From positions 10,997,832-11,061,831 of the forward strand of contig OZ316897.1 of assembly GCA_973895155.1 (NCBI GenBank): a DNA stretch of 64,000 bases, given 5' to 3'. Below are positions 38,042 to 50,800 of this stretch, one piece after another. The DNA comes from Marsupella aquatica. Taxonomy: Eukaryota > Plantae > Marchantiophyta. The notes below the pieces were generated by a model, which saw only the letters and a list, made by a program, of their open reading frames with translations, did no database searches and was not told the DNA's origin. The translations under genes were made by a program, and so were the position numbers. Each line of letters begins with the position of its first letter. The stretch's first letter is position 1.

Positions 38042-38857
38042 CTAATCCCACTCATAGTGAGTAAATAACTCATCCCCTGAGTTAATGGTCCTTGTCGCTA
38101 CAACTAGGCAATGGTCATGATGATATGTCTGGCCATAAGGTGCTGGCGGAGGACCCTCAATGAAAACCCACTCACAATTTTGCCTACGCTTAGGGCGAGT
38201 CCCCACGGTACTGTTTATGAAACCAGCAATATTCCTAGTCTGTATGGGGTCCCCATCTATGACACGCTGCTCACTATACCTTCTAGTGTTTCCATCAAAA
38301 GTATCCATGTCCAATGCATAAGTCTTCCACTCAGGGTGTTGTGCAAGGATCATGTTCCAATGTCTTCTCTTGTAGATGGCTCCACCATAAGGAAACAAAG
38401 TAGGCCCCTCTCGGCCGCATCCACCTCTACCACTCTTGGCGTCCACAATGATGTCCTCACAGGCAAAAACTCCATAGCCATGTCTATCCCCAAGTGTGGA
38501 AGGTTTGATAACCCAACGTCTACCCCAAACCTCTACCTCCGCACCGTAGGAAAGCTGTTGTGGTAAACCAAGAGTCTCAGGATCCCAGTCCTTGATGATA
38601 GGGACACATCTGCCAGTGAACTCACAATCACCCCACCTACCCATAACCACTGCCTTGTACAAATCAGTATCCCCTCGGGCCCGCCTCTTGGAACGCTTTC
38701 TTCCTCTTGGGACAATAGCCTCAACCCCAACTTCCCTAGGACTGGTGGGCCTTGCCGATAGACCCAAGGCTTTTGAGAATGCATTGCCTATAGCATCTAG
38801 AACACCTTGTGATGGGACATAGGGTGCTTGTGCCGCAGGTCTAGGCCTATTGGATAC
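38042..38857 (-). CDS. SET-domain exon of CACTA-1 (putative lysine methyltransferase)
   Basis: Open frame from a phase-0 acceptor at 38857. SET motifs 'PSTLGDRHGYGVFA', 'LFPYGG', 'NIAGFINS', 'VATRTINSGDELFTHY'. Confidence 0.85.
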   Translation of the reverse strand, partial: VSNRPRPAAQAPYVPSQGVLDAIGNAFSKALGLSARPTSPREVGVEAIVPRGRKRSKRRARGDTDLYKAVVMGRWGDCEFTGRCVPIIKDWDPETLGLPQQLSYGAEVEVWGRRWVIKPSTLGDRHGYGVFACEDIIVDAKSGRGGCGREGPTLFPYGGAIYKRRHWNMILAQHPEWKTYALDMDTFDGNTRRYSEQRVIDGDPIQTRNIAGFINSTVGTRPKRRQNCEWVFIEGPPPAPYGQTYHHDHCLVVATRTINSGDELFTHYEWD

Positions 38858-38960
38858 CTATTCCACCGAAACCAAAACAAACAAAAGTAGGTGTGAAATT
38901 AAAAATCTTCAACCATTGAGTAATGGGAATAGGGTAGGAAAACTAAGGCATAACACTTAC

Positions 38961-39194
38961 CATATGAGATGAAGAAGCCCCTGCCGTATGACGTCCACAA
39001 CGCCCATATCTGTCAATATGTTGGGCACATATGTAAGATTTTTGGGAAACCTGACCCACACATCTGGAACATTCACAAAGTTGACGGGGTGGACCGCGAG
39101 GAGGAGGTGCGGTCGTGTGATGTTGAGGTGGAGGTGGTGTATCTTCATCAGAGGAGGACGAGTCTGTGGTGGAGATTTCAGAAGATGAAGACAT
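38961..39194 (-). CDS. CACTA-1 first coding exon (transposase-associated CxCxxC..H domain)
   Basis: 'LCECSRC..HIDRYG', ending at a phase-0 donor ATG|GTAAGT. Confidence 0.75.
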
Positions 39195-40493
39195 ATCCCC
39201 TGTAACAAGATATAATTAAAATGGGCATGTTATGACCAAAACATACCACAAAATGATATAAATCAAAGTTCCCAAATAATGATGACAAGAAACCCAAACC
39301 AAAATGACCATAGCAATAAAAAAGGTACCTTTATGAGACCCGGGCTCAGCAGTGCCAATAGGTCTTGTGGCTCTAAGATAATTAATGAACCCAATCTGAA
39401 AGTATGAGAGAAAAGCTGCAACCATTCCATGTATATGTAAGCACAATAATCTGGACCAGACAAGAACAAAAAACCCTATATACATGTCCCCTTTATACAT
39501 AGTGGCAACCAAAAGTGTTAAGTACATGAAAGGAACACTTTAGCCGATCATGCAATGTTTACCTTTCAGATGCCCGGGCTCTCACAATGCATATGCATTA
39601 GTATCAAATCATCAAAAAGTGTTGCACCCTGCAAGCTATCATATATTCCCCTCCTTTGTTAGCAAAACCCATGCCAATCCCCTTTTGATTCATAAACCCA
39701 ATGAACCTCTCTTAAACCCAAAAGGCTGCAATATAAATCTCATGAAACCTTGCTTCGTATTATCCAAACCTTCAACCCCAAACCGCATCCTACCTATTAA
39801 ACTTAAATCTGACTTACACACAAACCCAAACCTTTCTTCAACCCTAGAGACCTTTCTATTTAAAAACCCCAAACCCTAAAACCCTAAACCCAAACCTTAC
39901 TTATTTCTTGTAAACCAAATCCCACACTTTTATTATTTCTTCTAAACTAATGTAAACCCAAACCTTAGCCTAAACCAACACCATACATAACCCATTAACC
40001 TGAAATCTGCCTAACCCTTCAAACCCACCTTCAACTATTATCTAACACCCAAAACATGGCCAAAAAGCATTCCAAATATGAGTATAGAGGGGTCCACTTC
40101 ACCTTTGAAAAAAACCCTTTCAAATGAAACCAACATTCCCCCCGGACGAGTTGCCAATGTCTTGCGAAGCCGCTTCCTTCGCAAATACCATCACAAATTA
40201 GAATTGAGTTTTGCGAAGCTGCTGCTTTCGCACGACCTTCAGAAAAACAGAGCCCGAGAGCATTTCTGCGAGAGAGCGAAGGTGTTGCAAATCCTTTCAC
40301 GTCGCAATGGTTTTGCAAAATTGAGAAACTACATGCGAAACTAGGAGGATTGCAACTTGCGAAACGGGTTGCTTCGCAAGTCTTTCCCGCTTGTACTTTT
40401 GCACTCGGCCGCGGCATACTCAGCGGCATTTGACAAATTTCAAGCGTAGGGAGGGAGAAGGGAGCTCGCGCGCGCTCGGGGGGTGGCTTGGCT

Positions 40494-42470
40494 ATGGATT
40501 CCAGTGGAGCAAATGGAGGTGATGGGGTAGGGGTGAGTGATAGTGGCAATGGGAATGAAGGCAATGGGGAGCAGGAGAGGAATCGATGGACCGATTTGAT
40601 GGCTGAGCACCTCAATGCAACACAGTTGAGCCACTTTGATTTGACTACACCAGCAGGGATTGCTTCTTTGAGTGCAATCCTTGGGCAAGCCTTGCAAACG
40701 GGAGTAGATGCAGGGAACATTGCAAGGGAGGAGGAGCAAAGGAGTGCAGCTCAACAGAAGGCAAGAGAGAAGAAGCGTAAGAAGGAGGAGAGGGCCAAGG
40801 CAGGAGTAGTCTCACCTGCTGCCCTAGAAAAGAAGAGGAGGAGAGAGGAACGAGATGAGATAAGAGCACAGCGGGAGGAGCAGCGAAAGAAGGAGGAAGA
40901 GAGGAAGAAGCTGCCTATGATTGCCTTGATCGAAGGCATTCCTACTGAACTGGCTTACACCGGGGCAAAGAGCACTATCAGGCTTATGGTGCGCTCCAAT
41001 TTTGCACGAGGAGTTGAGTGGGGGAAACTCAGCAAGGCAGACCAGAAGAAAGTAATGAGTCAAATCAAAGATTCATTTTGAAATGGAGCAGAGATTGATG
41101 AACAGTGGCTTGCAGATAGAATTTCCAATTCAATGTCTCAAGCACGGTACCATGATAGGAAGTAGGTAAGGGCCTACCTGGCAAACTTGGAGGAGTACAT
41201 AAACGTGAGGAGGCCACTGCAATTCACTGAGGACGTGTGGAATGCCTTTTACAAAGTGGAGGTGCAGATGAGAGCTGCCAGGAACCTTCTCTTCTGGAAG
41301 GAGATGGAAGCCAAGGCACAGAAGGCCGGGAAGTCCGACCGAGACCTCAAGGCAATGGCTGAGAAGGTGTCTCACATGCAGCACATTGTGGATGAAGTGG
41401 GTGCACCACCCCAAAAATTCATCCTTGCAGCTGAGCGAGTCAGCAAACGGCCCAAGACCACGCACAAGATGGGCCAAGGTGGACTTCCCGGCCTCAAAGC
41501 ACACTTTGTGAGTGGGCCCTCTCCTCTCCTCCCCTGCTTCTGTTTCCTTGCTTTCAATTGCTATCCAAACCTGCAATGCCCCCCCTGCATACCTCTTGTT
41601 TCTTTCTTACGGCCTGCCTTGTACTTTAGGTCACCTTGACACATTGCGTGCCTTAGAGATTTCTCAGAATTTTTTAAAAACAGAGTTTGCAAAGCTTTTG
41701 CGATGCGGGTTGCTTCGCAAATGTTTCGCAAAGTCTATCATGGCATTTTTTAAAGTTGTAAATGCGAAGCTATTGCGAAATAACCCGCTTTGCAAACTAC
41801 TTCGCAAACAGCCAATTTATTTGAATTTGCGAAGCGGGGAGTTTTGCAAGTGTGTATTATGTTTAAAAAAAACCGCTAAGGGTTATTGAGCCCAGTTTTG
41901 TGTTAGGGGGCACCCTATTAGCACCTCCATGCATTTTTCTTGGGTTTATAGCATATTAACCTTGATCGATTTTGGTTTTGGAATGTTTGGTTGTGGTAGT
42001 ATAAGAGGTACCGCAGGAAGATAACAGCAAAAGAGATGGAGATAGGAGCTGCGCATGGAGCCAAACATCTCTTTGACTTGGTTGACGCAAAGTTGGCGAC
42101 TGTAAGTGCATGTATCCCCTTCAGTTTTTCTCACCCAATCCACTTATCTTTTCATTCCGTAAACCTAAACCAATTTGGCGTTGTGCTGTGCAAACAGGAT
42201 GATGAGGATGCCAGTGATACCAGCAACACCGATGAGAACAATGAGGGGACCACGACAAAGGGGCCCAAGGTAGGAGGGAGTAGTGGATCTGGACCAGTAG
42301 GAGGAGTTTCCCAGCAGGAGGGGGAGGAAGAGGATGAGGACGAGGATGAGGACGAGGAGGAACCAGATGTGGAGGAGCAGCCAGCACCACCTCCTGTGCC
42401 ACGTCCGGATCGTCGCAAGAGGGACAAGGGGAAGAGGCCGGCGACAAGGAGTAGGAGGACCCCATTCTAG
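40494..42470 (+). pseudogene. CACTA-1 second gene, TnpA/Ptta-En/Spm-like, divergent from the transposase
   Basis: Charged coiled coil, 'THKMGQGGLPGLKAHF' motif, introns (GTGAGT ~41508, GTAAGT ~42102), acidic/basic tail. Stops at ~41081 and ~41166. Confidence 0.55.
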
Positions 42471-43153
42471 AGCTTGGTGGTGTAGTGCCTATGGGATGCC
42501 CATTTACTTAGTGTAGTATATAGTTTTGATATGGGTAGTCTTATAGGGACCTAGCTTGTCATATGACACCCATCTAGGGTTTAGGGTTTAGGAAACCCTA
42601 ATTTTTGTGTACCTATCAATTTTCTATAAAGCAATTTTGATTCAGACCTCATTCTCCGTGTTGGACAACAAGACCCCAACCATAATTCAAAACTCTAAAT
42701 CTAAACCCTAGCCTCAAGACATCTTGCGAAACCTATGCAAACAACCCAAATCGCATATTTACCATACTGAAGGTATCGCAAACATTATGCAAACCACATA
42801 CGTTCATAAAAATGCGAAGCCATGTTCATGGCATAACTACCATTAACTTAATATCGCAAACATATTACCAAACTTCTGGGATTGCAAATATTTAACTGCT
42901 TGATTATTATCGCAAGCCTCTCGCGACGCCCACGGAGTCGCTTAAATGTGAGTCCTTTGTGATTCTATTAGTGTCGCAAGTTGCGAAGGCGTTGCGAAGG
43001 TCTTGCGAAAGACCGGATGCGAACCTTTGGGCTTCGCAGTTTGCGATTCTATTGCGATGCGCAATACTTTGCAAAGGCGAGTTTTGTTTTTTGATTTCCT
43101 TTGTTGTTTGTGATGCTTTCAAGTTTTCAAAAGGTGTAGGTAGTGTTGTAGTG

Positions 43154-44576
43154 GATCTGGTTGCCATGATACAGGAATTTTGGTTCACAGGAAAGCTGGC
43201 AAGTGGGGTCAAGGAGGGGATCATCAAATTCATCCCCAAGAAGGCGGATAAATGGATGCTAAAGGACTGGCGGCCATTAACCATGTTGAATACAGTATAC
43301 AAGTTGATTGCTAAAATTCTGGCTCACAGGCTGATATGTATCCTGTCCCGGCTGATCAGCCCTCAATAGATAGGGTTCATCCCTGGCCGAAACATACTGG
43401 AGAATATATCACTGGCATGGTTGACTGGATGGGCCAACTACAAGGTAGTAAGGAGAAACAACTACACGTTTAGGGACAAGATGCTGCTCTGCTATCCGCG
43501 AGCACTTCATGGACTAGCATATACAGGTGGGCTTTGGAAGGCATGGGAACAGCTACGGGTGAATTTGATCTTCTGCTCCACGGATCGAGTACCAGGAAGA
43601 TGGGCAGTAGGGGACACAATCAAGTGCTTGAAAGGCTTTCAGGCATGGAGCAATGAGGACATGGCTGCTATCAGGAGACTCTGTGGGCGACTGGGCATAC
43701 GGTGTATATAGGATCTATGGGCGGAGGAGAGACAGGGATGGAGAATGGTGAATGAGAGACGGGAGAACCTACGGGGATTTTCACTGGAACACCGTAATCT
43801 GGGAAGGAAATTCTTGGATGCACTGGTGAGCATCAGGCAATGTGTATGGGGCTATGAGCCTGGTCCTCGTTGCTGGTGCTGGGCAGACTGTTCGGATCCT
43901 CTGAAGAGCTTTGGAATCTAGAATATAAGAGCTTATAGGATGATCCGGATTGAGTGCAGCGAAACCCCCAGTCTGAACCGGACGTGGGGGATATCCAGGA
44001 CAGCGGGGGAGTGGAGTGCAGGATGGACTGGTATATGGAGATTTGGGTTGACTATGAGGGCTAAGACTTTTCTATGGAGGATAATTGCATCTGGTTTGTT
44101 TACAGGAGTGAGGGCGATAAAGATAGGTAAAGGAAGTGGTGAGTGCAAGCTAGCTATGCCCGGGGATTCTAGAATCCATTCCCCACCTCTTCATTGACTG
44201 TGCACATGCACAGAAATGCTGGGCTTTATGTGCAGGATGTTTCGATGGTGCATTTGCGGATCGCACTGGAGGCCTGATTGGGATGCTTGATTCTGCTATC
44301 GGAAGGAACCCCTGTAAAGTAGTGAAATTGTTTATGCTATACCAGATTCTCTGGATGCTGTGGAATGGCAGGAATGAGCACATGTTCAAGACAGAGGGAA
44401 CCAGGAAGTTGGATCTGCACTTTATGCTCTTTGAAGTGGTGGATAATGTCTCAGCGGTGATACTCACCTTACCGGTTTGTAATAAAAGAATGAGGTTACT
44501 TAGGGCCAAGGAGATGGTAAATAGGGAAAGGGTGCTATGGATTAATCGAAGGGATACGTGGATCACTTCAGGGTAG
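43154..44576 (+). pseudogene. L1 #1 ORF2 RT start and C-terminal zf-RVT region; RT core deleted
   Basis: 'IIKFIPK..DWRPLTMLNTVYKLIAK..GFIPGR' jumps at ~43425 to 'VRRNNY..' and 'KTFLWR..LWMLWNGRN', which match L1 #2. Confidence 0.88.
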
Positions 44577-44824
44577 AAGATGAGTCTGTTTGATGACGAT
44601 GGCTTGTAGATGATGAGGATTCTGTCTATCAAATGGCACTCTGACAGGTAGATGGGCTGCCCCTGGAAGCAGTCTGGGACTTGAGACACTTGCCCTGTTG
44701 GCTGTTTGGAATATTTGTGTCCCCTGTGGTGTTGCTTTTATTCTGCTTGTTCCCCTTGCTGCGGGGCTTTCGTGGCTCAAATTTATAAAATTAAAATGGA
44801 TTTAAGGAAGACTTTGGGCACGTG

Positions 44825-44915
44825 AAGATTCATCCTGTCAATCGTTTTAGTGCTTGTGCGGACTGTGAGGAATTCAAAACGATTCAAGACAAAGGAGTCT
44901 CCGAAACTGAAAAAT
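44825..44915 (+). pseudogene. Sola-like transposase, middle piece (CxxC)
   Basis: After the TSD it reads 'KIHPVNRFSACADCEEFKTIQDKGVSETEK', then a phase-1 donor GT at 44916. Confidence 0.75.
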
Positions 44916-47853
44916 GTAACTAAGTCATTTTCATTTTTGTTGTTTTGAACATGTCTTTGTATTAGATTTGTCAGGAAATCAATTGAGGAATGACTAAACA
45001 TTAGGATTGAATTACAAGTTAACAACTTTGCAGTGGTACATATTTCGGCTTTTTCCGATGCTCTTCTTTCGGTCGGCAACACTTTCCGATACAGAGAAGA
45101 TCGGTACTCTCCGATTGTCCCTGCATCGGGGATTTACCATACATTCTACATCGGACACATACTGTCCCATCCTATTAGAATCGGAAATAGTTTCCCATTT
45201 AAAAACTATCGGAGAATTTCCCATTCTACCTACATCGGACAATGAGACTGCCGCGACGCAAGAGGCGTCCGATAAATAAAATATCGCATGTTGGTTCCGA
45301 TGAACTGAGGGACAAAAAATTTCCGATATTTTTGAAATCGGAAATGGGTTCCAACTTGTGTCCGAACCCATTACAAACGGACGTCGTTTCCGATGTGGTA
45401 AAGATGGAAAAGTTTCCCGATACCTGTAGTATGGCATATTAGTTCCGTTTCTTTTAATATCGGAAATATCGGTTTTAAGTAGAGCCGGGGTTTTTTGAGG
45501 GTTTTATCATCTTCCTAGCTTCTAATTAAGGCATGTTGTGTTTCCGATAGGTTTTTGACTCCATTTCCATTTGAAGTATGTGGGAACTCAACTAGGGTCA
45601 ACTTGAAATGAATTGGAAGCTTTCATTTCATATGTATTAAAAGCACAAATATATAGCCACAGCTAGAGCCCAGAGATTTAAGTGGTATATATAAGTAAAG
45701 TAACATGCAACAAAAAAATGGTAATGACAATGTAGATAACATATATATGCCAAAAAAATCAGTACATGGAGGGAAGTGGTCATTAATTAGGTCTAGCTAG
45801 TGCTAGCTACCTAGCTTTTACCATGAAATTCCTAAGTAGCTAGTTGTTCTCATTTTCCAAATCTTCCACAACAACTACATTTGGCTGTTCTTGGACTATG
45901 GATCGGGATCGTGGAATGTAAGGCATTACAATGGACCACTCAGGATCATCTGGATAAGGGAGATAGAATGCCTGCTCAAGATTATGAGGAAATGCAAAAG
46001 GATCTGAGGCCCTCCAATTTGAGCTGATGACAGCCCCTGTCTTCAGTCGTGTGAAGCCGCAAGCATCCTCTTCACATGTTCGATTGTGGCCAACAAGATT
46101 CATCCAAAACCATTTGCACTTCAGCACCACCTCTTCCAATGTTGTATGCGCATGGTATTTTACAACAAGGATCTCCTCTATCTTTCCATAGTGAGCTATA
46201 GTAGAACGGATGGGATTTGTGTCAGATCTGCTACTTACAGAATCCTGGGTGAACCAACCCATCACCCCACAATCTTGTGTAGCTGCCCTCTTGTCATCAA
46301 GTCGTTCCACACGAAAGTGTCTCCCCTTGGACCACATGGTAGTCCTGGTTGTAACTGTAAGTAGAGGTCCATGAACCAAGGTGCGCAACTTATCAGTCAC
46401 CATTGGGAAGTGTGATACACTCTCCCCAGCAGCCACCAAGGCATCCACTTCTAACAACTTCCCCTTCATGTACATGTGGAATTTGGGAAATAAGCGTGGT
46501 CGTCGACTATTGTGCTTATCCTCCTCATAAAATGTGGTCCACTCCCCAACAATCTCTGGAGAGTTATACAACATGAATGCAGTGAGTTTAGTGCGCTCAC
46601 TAGGGTCAAGAAGCCGTTCTCCCTTTGCACCTGTCAAACGGTCATCCTCATAGTCTGCTTCTCTTGATGCCTCATCTATCCACTCCCTTGGAGCATTTGA
46701 ATCAAGTGTAGCAATAATGTTTGTACAATAAAACATGCTCTCTGCTCCAAGATGACGCTCTGCAATGCTACCTTCTACCCTTGCGCGATTTGAAAAATAG
46801 GACTTCATCACTCCCATGTACCGCTCTACCCAGTACATCCAACGACAATGTACAGGGCCTGCAATACCAACCTCACGCACTAGATGTAGTAGAAAATGAA
46901 CCTGACCATCAAAAAATAAAGGAGGAAGGGCCCTTTCAAGTTTGCACACAACCTCCACTCCAAACACCTCCATTGCTGCAACCTCATCCTCGTTCACCTC
47001 CTTTTGACACACCCATCTCAACAACTTACCCAACGACCAAAGGGCATCACGAAGATCCTCACTACCCAATCCAATAATAGCAATTGGAATAACATGTTGC
47101 AATAAGCGATGATAATCATCGGTCTTCAAGAAAGCTGGCCATTTTGGAGAGTCAAGTCCACCAAATGCCTTGCGAAGATTGGCACCATACCCTGTAGGAA
47201 ATCGCATAGACCCTATGCGTTTGCGAAACTCGATCCGCTCACCTCGTGTCAAAACCCAAGGAGGATGAATAGTAAGGGGGGCATTATTGGGATCCATAGA
47301 TGGCCAAAAACCATGAGGGCCATGCATCCCCATCTCTTCACAACTCTCTCTCCAGTTGTTGTCTTTCTCTCCATATAGGTGGCGAATCAAGGACCTCCCA
47401 ACATTTCCCTCAATGTGCATAGGGTCAAATAAATGGTTAAGTGGCATCTCAGCCCAATAAGTCAGTTGTGACAATGCAGACAAACAAGTCATGCCACACC
47501 GGGCATATTGCAATGGGTCATCTGGATTAGATACTCTCTCCCATACCTCTTTCCAATATGCAGGATCTTTTGGAATAGGTTGTGGTCGTCTGTCTGGTTG
47601 GCCATCCTCAGTGTCATATAAAAGGGGTCTCTCCTCCAATCATGGTCTGGAGGGAGGTACTTGGTGTGACCAATATACACTATCTTCCTCAAGGTCTTTG
47701 ACTTTGGCCGCGCTATTCCTTCCAAATCAGGTCCACAAGTTGGGCAAGCTCGATATCCTGATGTGGTCAGGCCAGAAATATATCCAAACCTTGCATATAA
47801 ATATATATCCCATGCATAAGTAAATAAGTTTATTAAAAGATATATGTGCTTCT

Positions 47854-50800
47854 GGGACCATTGATATCTGGTTGAATCTGGGACCATTGATAAGGGCCGC
47901 GTTGTATGGGTCAGAGTGGAGCACCAGGAAGGCAAATTTGGTCTCGCAAGTATTTACGCTCCTAATATGGCCAGGGAGCGGGCGTTGCTTTGGCATGAAC
48001 TGAAGACCTTGTTGCCTCATGATAATTGGATTATTTGTGGAGACTTTAATATGACCGAAAGGAGTATAGATTCCACTGGCTCTTCCCCCCTCATTCGAGG
48101 GCGTGAGGAAGAATTCTGGCGATTCCTGAAAATGCGCTTTGACTTAGTGGATGCCATTAGCATTAGCCACAAGTTTACAGGAGCAAATTTCACCTGGAGA
48201 AGGATTATTAATGGGAAGATCGTGCAATCACGGCTCGACAGATTCTATTTCAGTGAGCAAGGATGGTGGACTGGAAGTGTCAAAGAATTATTGCATGAAG
48301 GGAGCTCGGCTCTTTCAGACCATGATCCATGCATTATGAGATGTCGGCTCACTGCCGCGGACACTTGTAATAATACTCCAAAGTCGTCATACTTCAAAGC
48401 AAATGCAAGTCTCCTAAAAGACGCAGCGAATATAGAGCGGCTCAAATCTGCTTGGGAAGGGGTGGATGTCGGTACCTTCGAACCGCATCTCAGGTTTAAT
48501 CGTGCTTGCTGGAGATTGCGACAGGAATACATGGGGCTCCAACGTGAGGTTTCGGGCAGAGAGATTGAAGTTCAGGATCTCAGAGAGAGGCTGCGCTCCT
48601 TGAAATTGGAACTTCTAAACAACTTCTCTGATGACAATCTGAAAGATTTTGCCACCACGGAGGATCAGGTACGGATTGCTGAGCATGAGGAGGCCAGGCA
48701 AGGCAGACGTCTCTCACGTATCAAATGGCTGGGACAAGGAGACGAGCCATCAAAATTTTATTTTGCCATGCTTAAACAAAAGCAAACGAGGGAGACAATG
48801 TCGGTGCTACTATTAGACGATGGCACAACTATCACTCAGGAAAGCCTAATGTTAGCGGAGATTGAAAAGCAATTCTCGGCATTATATGAGGCACACGATG
48901 AAGAGATACGGAGTGAGTCGGGGGAGGTTCAGGCTAAGGCAGCGGCTGTTATCCAACACACGGAAGGCACTGGCTGCCTCGGATCTAGCAAAACTCGAGC
49001 TACCTCCATCATTGGAGGAGGTCAAAGACACTCTGTGGTCCTTTCCGGTTGATAAAGCACTGGGGCCTGATGGGTTAACGGCTGAAGTGTTCCGGACGTG
49101 CTGGGACTTCATAAGTGATGATTTGTTGAGCATGATCCTTGCGTTCTGGAGAACGGGTGAATTGGCGGGCAATGTGAAGATGGGGATTATAAAGCTGATA
49201 CCTAAGAAGGCGGATAAAAGGCGATTGAAGGACTGGCGGCCCCTCACTATGCTCAATACGACATACAAGATCATCGCTAAACTCCTTGCCCGACGCTTAA
49301 AACCTCTGCTGAATCAATTGATAAGCACTCAGCAATCGGGATTCATCCCGGGACGTCACATTCTTGAGAACATTTCAACCGCGTGGCTTACATTGGATTG
49401 GGTCAGAATCAAGCAGCAAGAATCCTTGTTCCTCAAGCTCGATTTTGAGATAGCCTTTGATCGGGTTAATCATTCTTATATATGGGAATCTATGCACCTC
49501 CTAGGCCTGGGGAGTCACTACATCAGGCTGGTACGTTCACTTGTTACCGGGGCTAGCTCCAAGATTCACATTAATGGTCTTTTCTCTAAGGACATCAGTA
49601 TGTTGCGGGGAGTACGTCAAGGCTGCCCATTATCGCCTCTATTGTTTGTACTCTCAACCCAACCCTTCATGGACTTTCTCGATGGAGAATTAGCTCAAGG
49701 CACTCTGCGTGGTATTCAGATATCGGCTTTGTTGACGATATGTTACAAGTTTTTTGCTGATGACCTTGGTATGTTCATTCCTGCTACACTGGAGGATTTC
49801 AATGGGGCCCGACTAGCTATTGAGTGTTACGAGCTGGCTTCGGGGGCCAAACTGAATCTGCGTAAGTCGACAGTAATTCCTTTGGGACTTCACGAGATTC
49901 CTGAGTGGCTGGTTGAGACAGGATGCAACATCAGTCAGAAAGGAGAAAATCAGAAGTATTTGGGGGCTCCTCTTGGATGGGGGGTCCAGGCCTCATAGCT
50001 GCACTCTTTTTGTCTGGATCAAATCGAAGCCAGGCTATCCACGTGGTCCACTAGGTTTTTATCATTCACTGGCAGGACTATATTGGTTAAGCATGTTCTC
50101 CAAGCTGTACCCATATACCACATGATGTTCCTGCATTCGTCGAGTGCCCTGGCTAGAAAGATGGTGGCTCTCTGTCGTGACTTCCTCTGGGGTTACAACT
50201 CTGCTGGGGGGAGAAAGGTCCCTCTAGTGGCCTGGAAGACGCTGGCACATCCTAAGATTGATGGGGGGCTGGGGTTTAAGGAATTTCGGAGCCATTCTGA
50301 TACCCTCCTTGTACAATGGTTTTACAAGGCGTTGGATCACCCGGATTCAGACTGGGCTAAGCTTTACTATGAGAACCTGAAAATGGCCAAATGGCGCAAC
50401 CAAAAAACTATCAGGAGGAACAACTACTCTTTCTCAGACCGGCTCTTGCTTTGCTACCCCCGTTCATTTAGTGGTCTGAGCTACACTAGCAATCTTTGGA
50501 AAGCCTGGGAAGTACTCCGCACTCATCTGCTATTCTCACCTGCTGGTGCTGCTGTTGCTTCTTGGTGGAGCTTTGAGGATATAGCTAGGAGTCTGGAAGG
50601 ATTCCAGGATCTATTAGAAGAAAGTAAAAGCACGTTAATTCGGACATTGGGCCGGATTGGTCTGAGAAAGGTCTCTGACCTTAGACGGTGGGGCAGCAAC
50701 CCTCTGGAATGTGTTCGACTCAAGCTTAATAGGATTCAAGGCTTGGATCCTGTACTAGGAGCGAGGTGTATCTCTTTGGTGACAGAGATAAGGCGGATTA

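Larger units (their letters stand above)
21813..43153 (-). mobile_element. CACTA/EnSpm element 1 (~9.7 kb without its insertion)
   Basis: TIR CACTACAACA...TGTTGTAGTG. 3-bp TSD GAT at 21810-21812 and 43154-43156. Subterminal TTGCGAA/TTCGCAA repeats. The L1 frame resumes after it. Confidence 0.95.
9903..44807 (+). mobile_element. L1-type LINE #1, host of nested Gypsy-A and CACTA-1
   Basis: 17-bp TSD AAGACTTTGGGCACGTG at 9886-9902 and 44808-44824. ORF1 and ORF2 fragments lie in the correct order on the plus strand. Confidence 0.9.

Noticed and set aside
42575-42600. TTTAGGG repeats as an interstitial telomere (also ~39865-39900)
   Set aside because: Only 2-3 units, inside a CACTA element. Better treated as telobox-like motifs.
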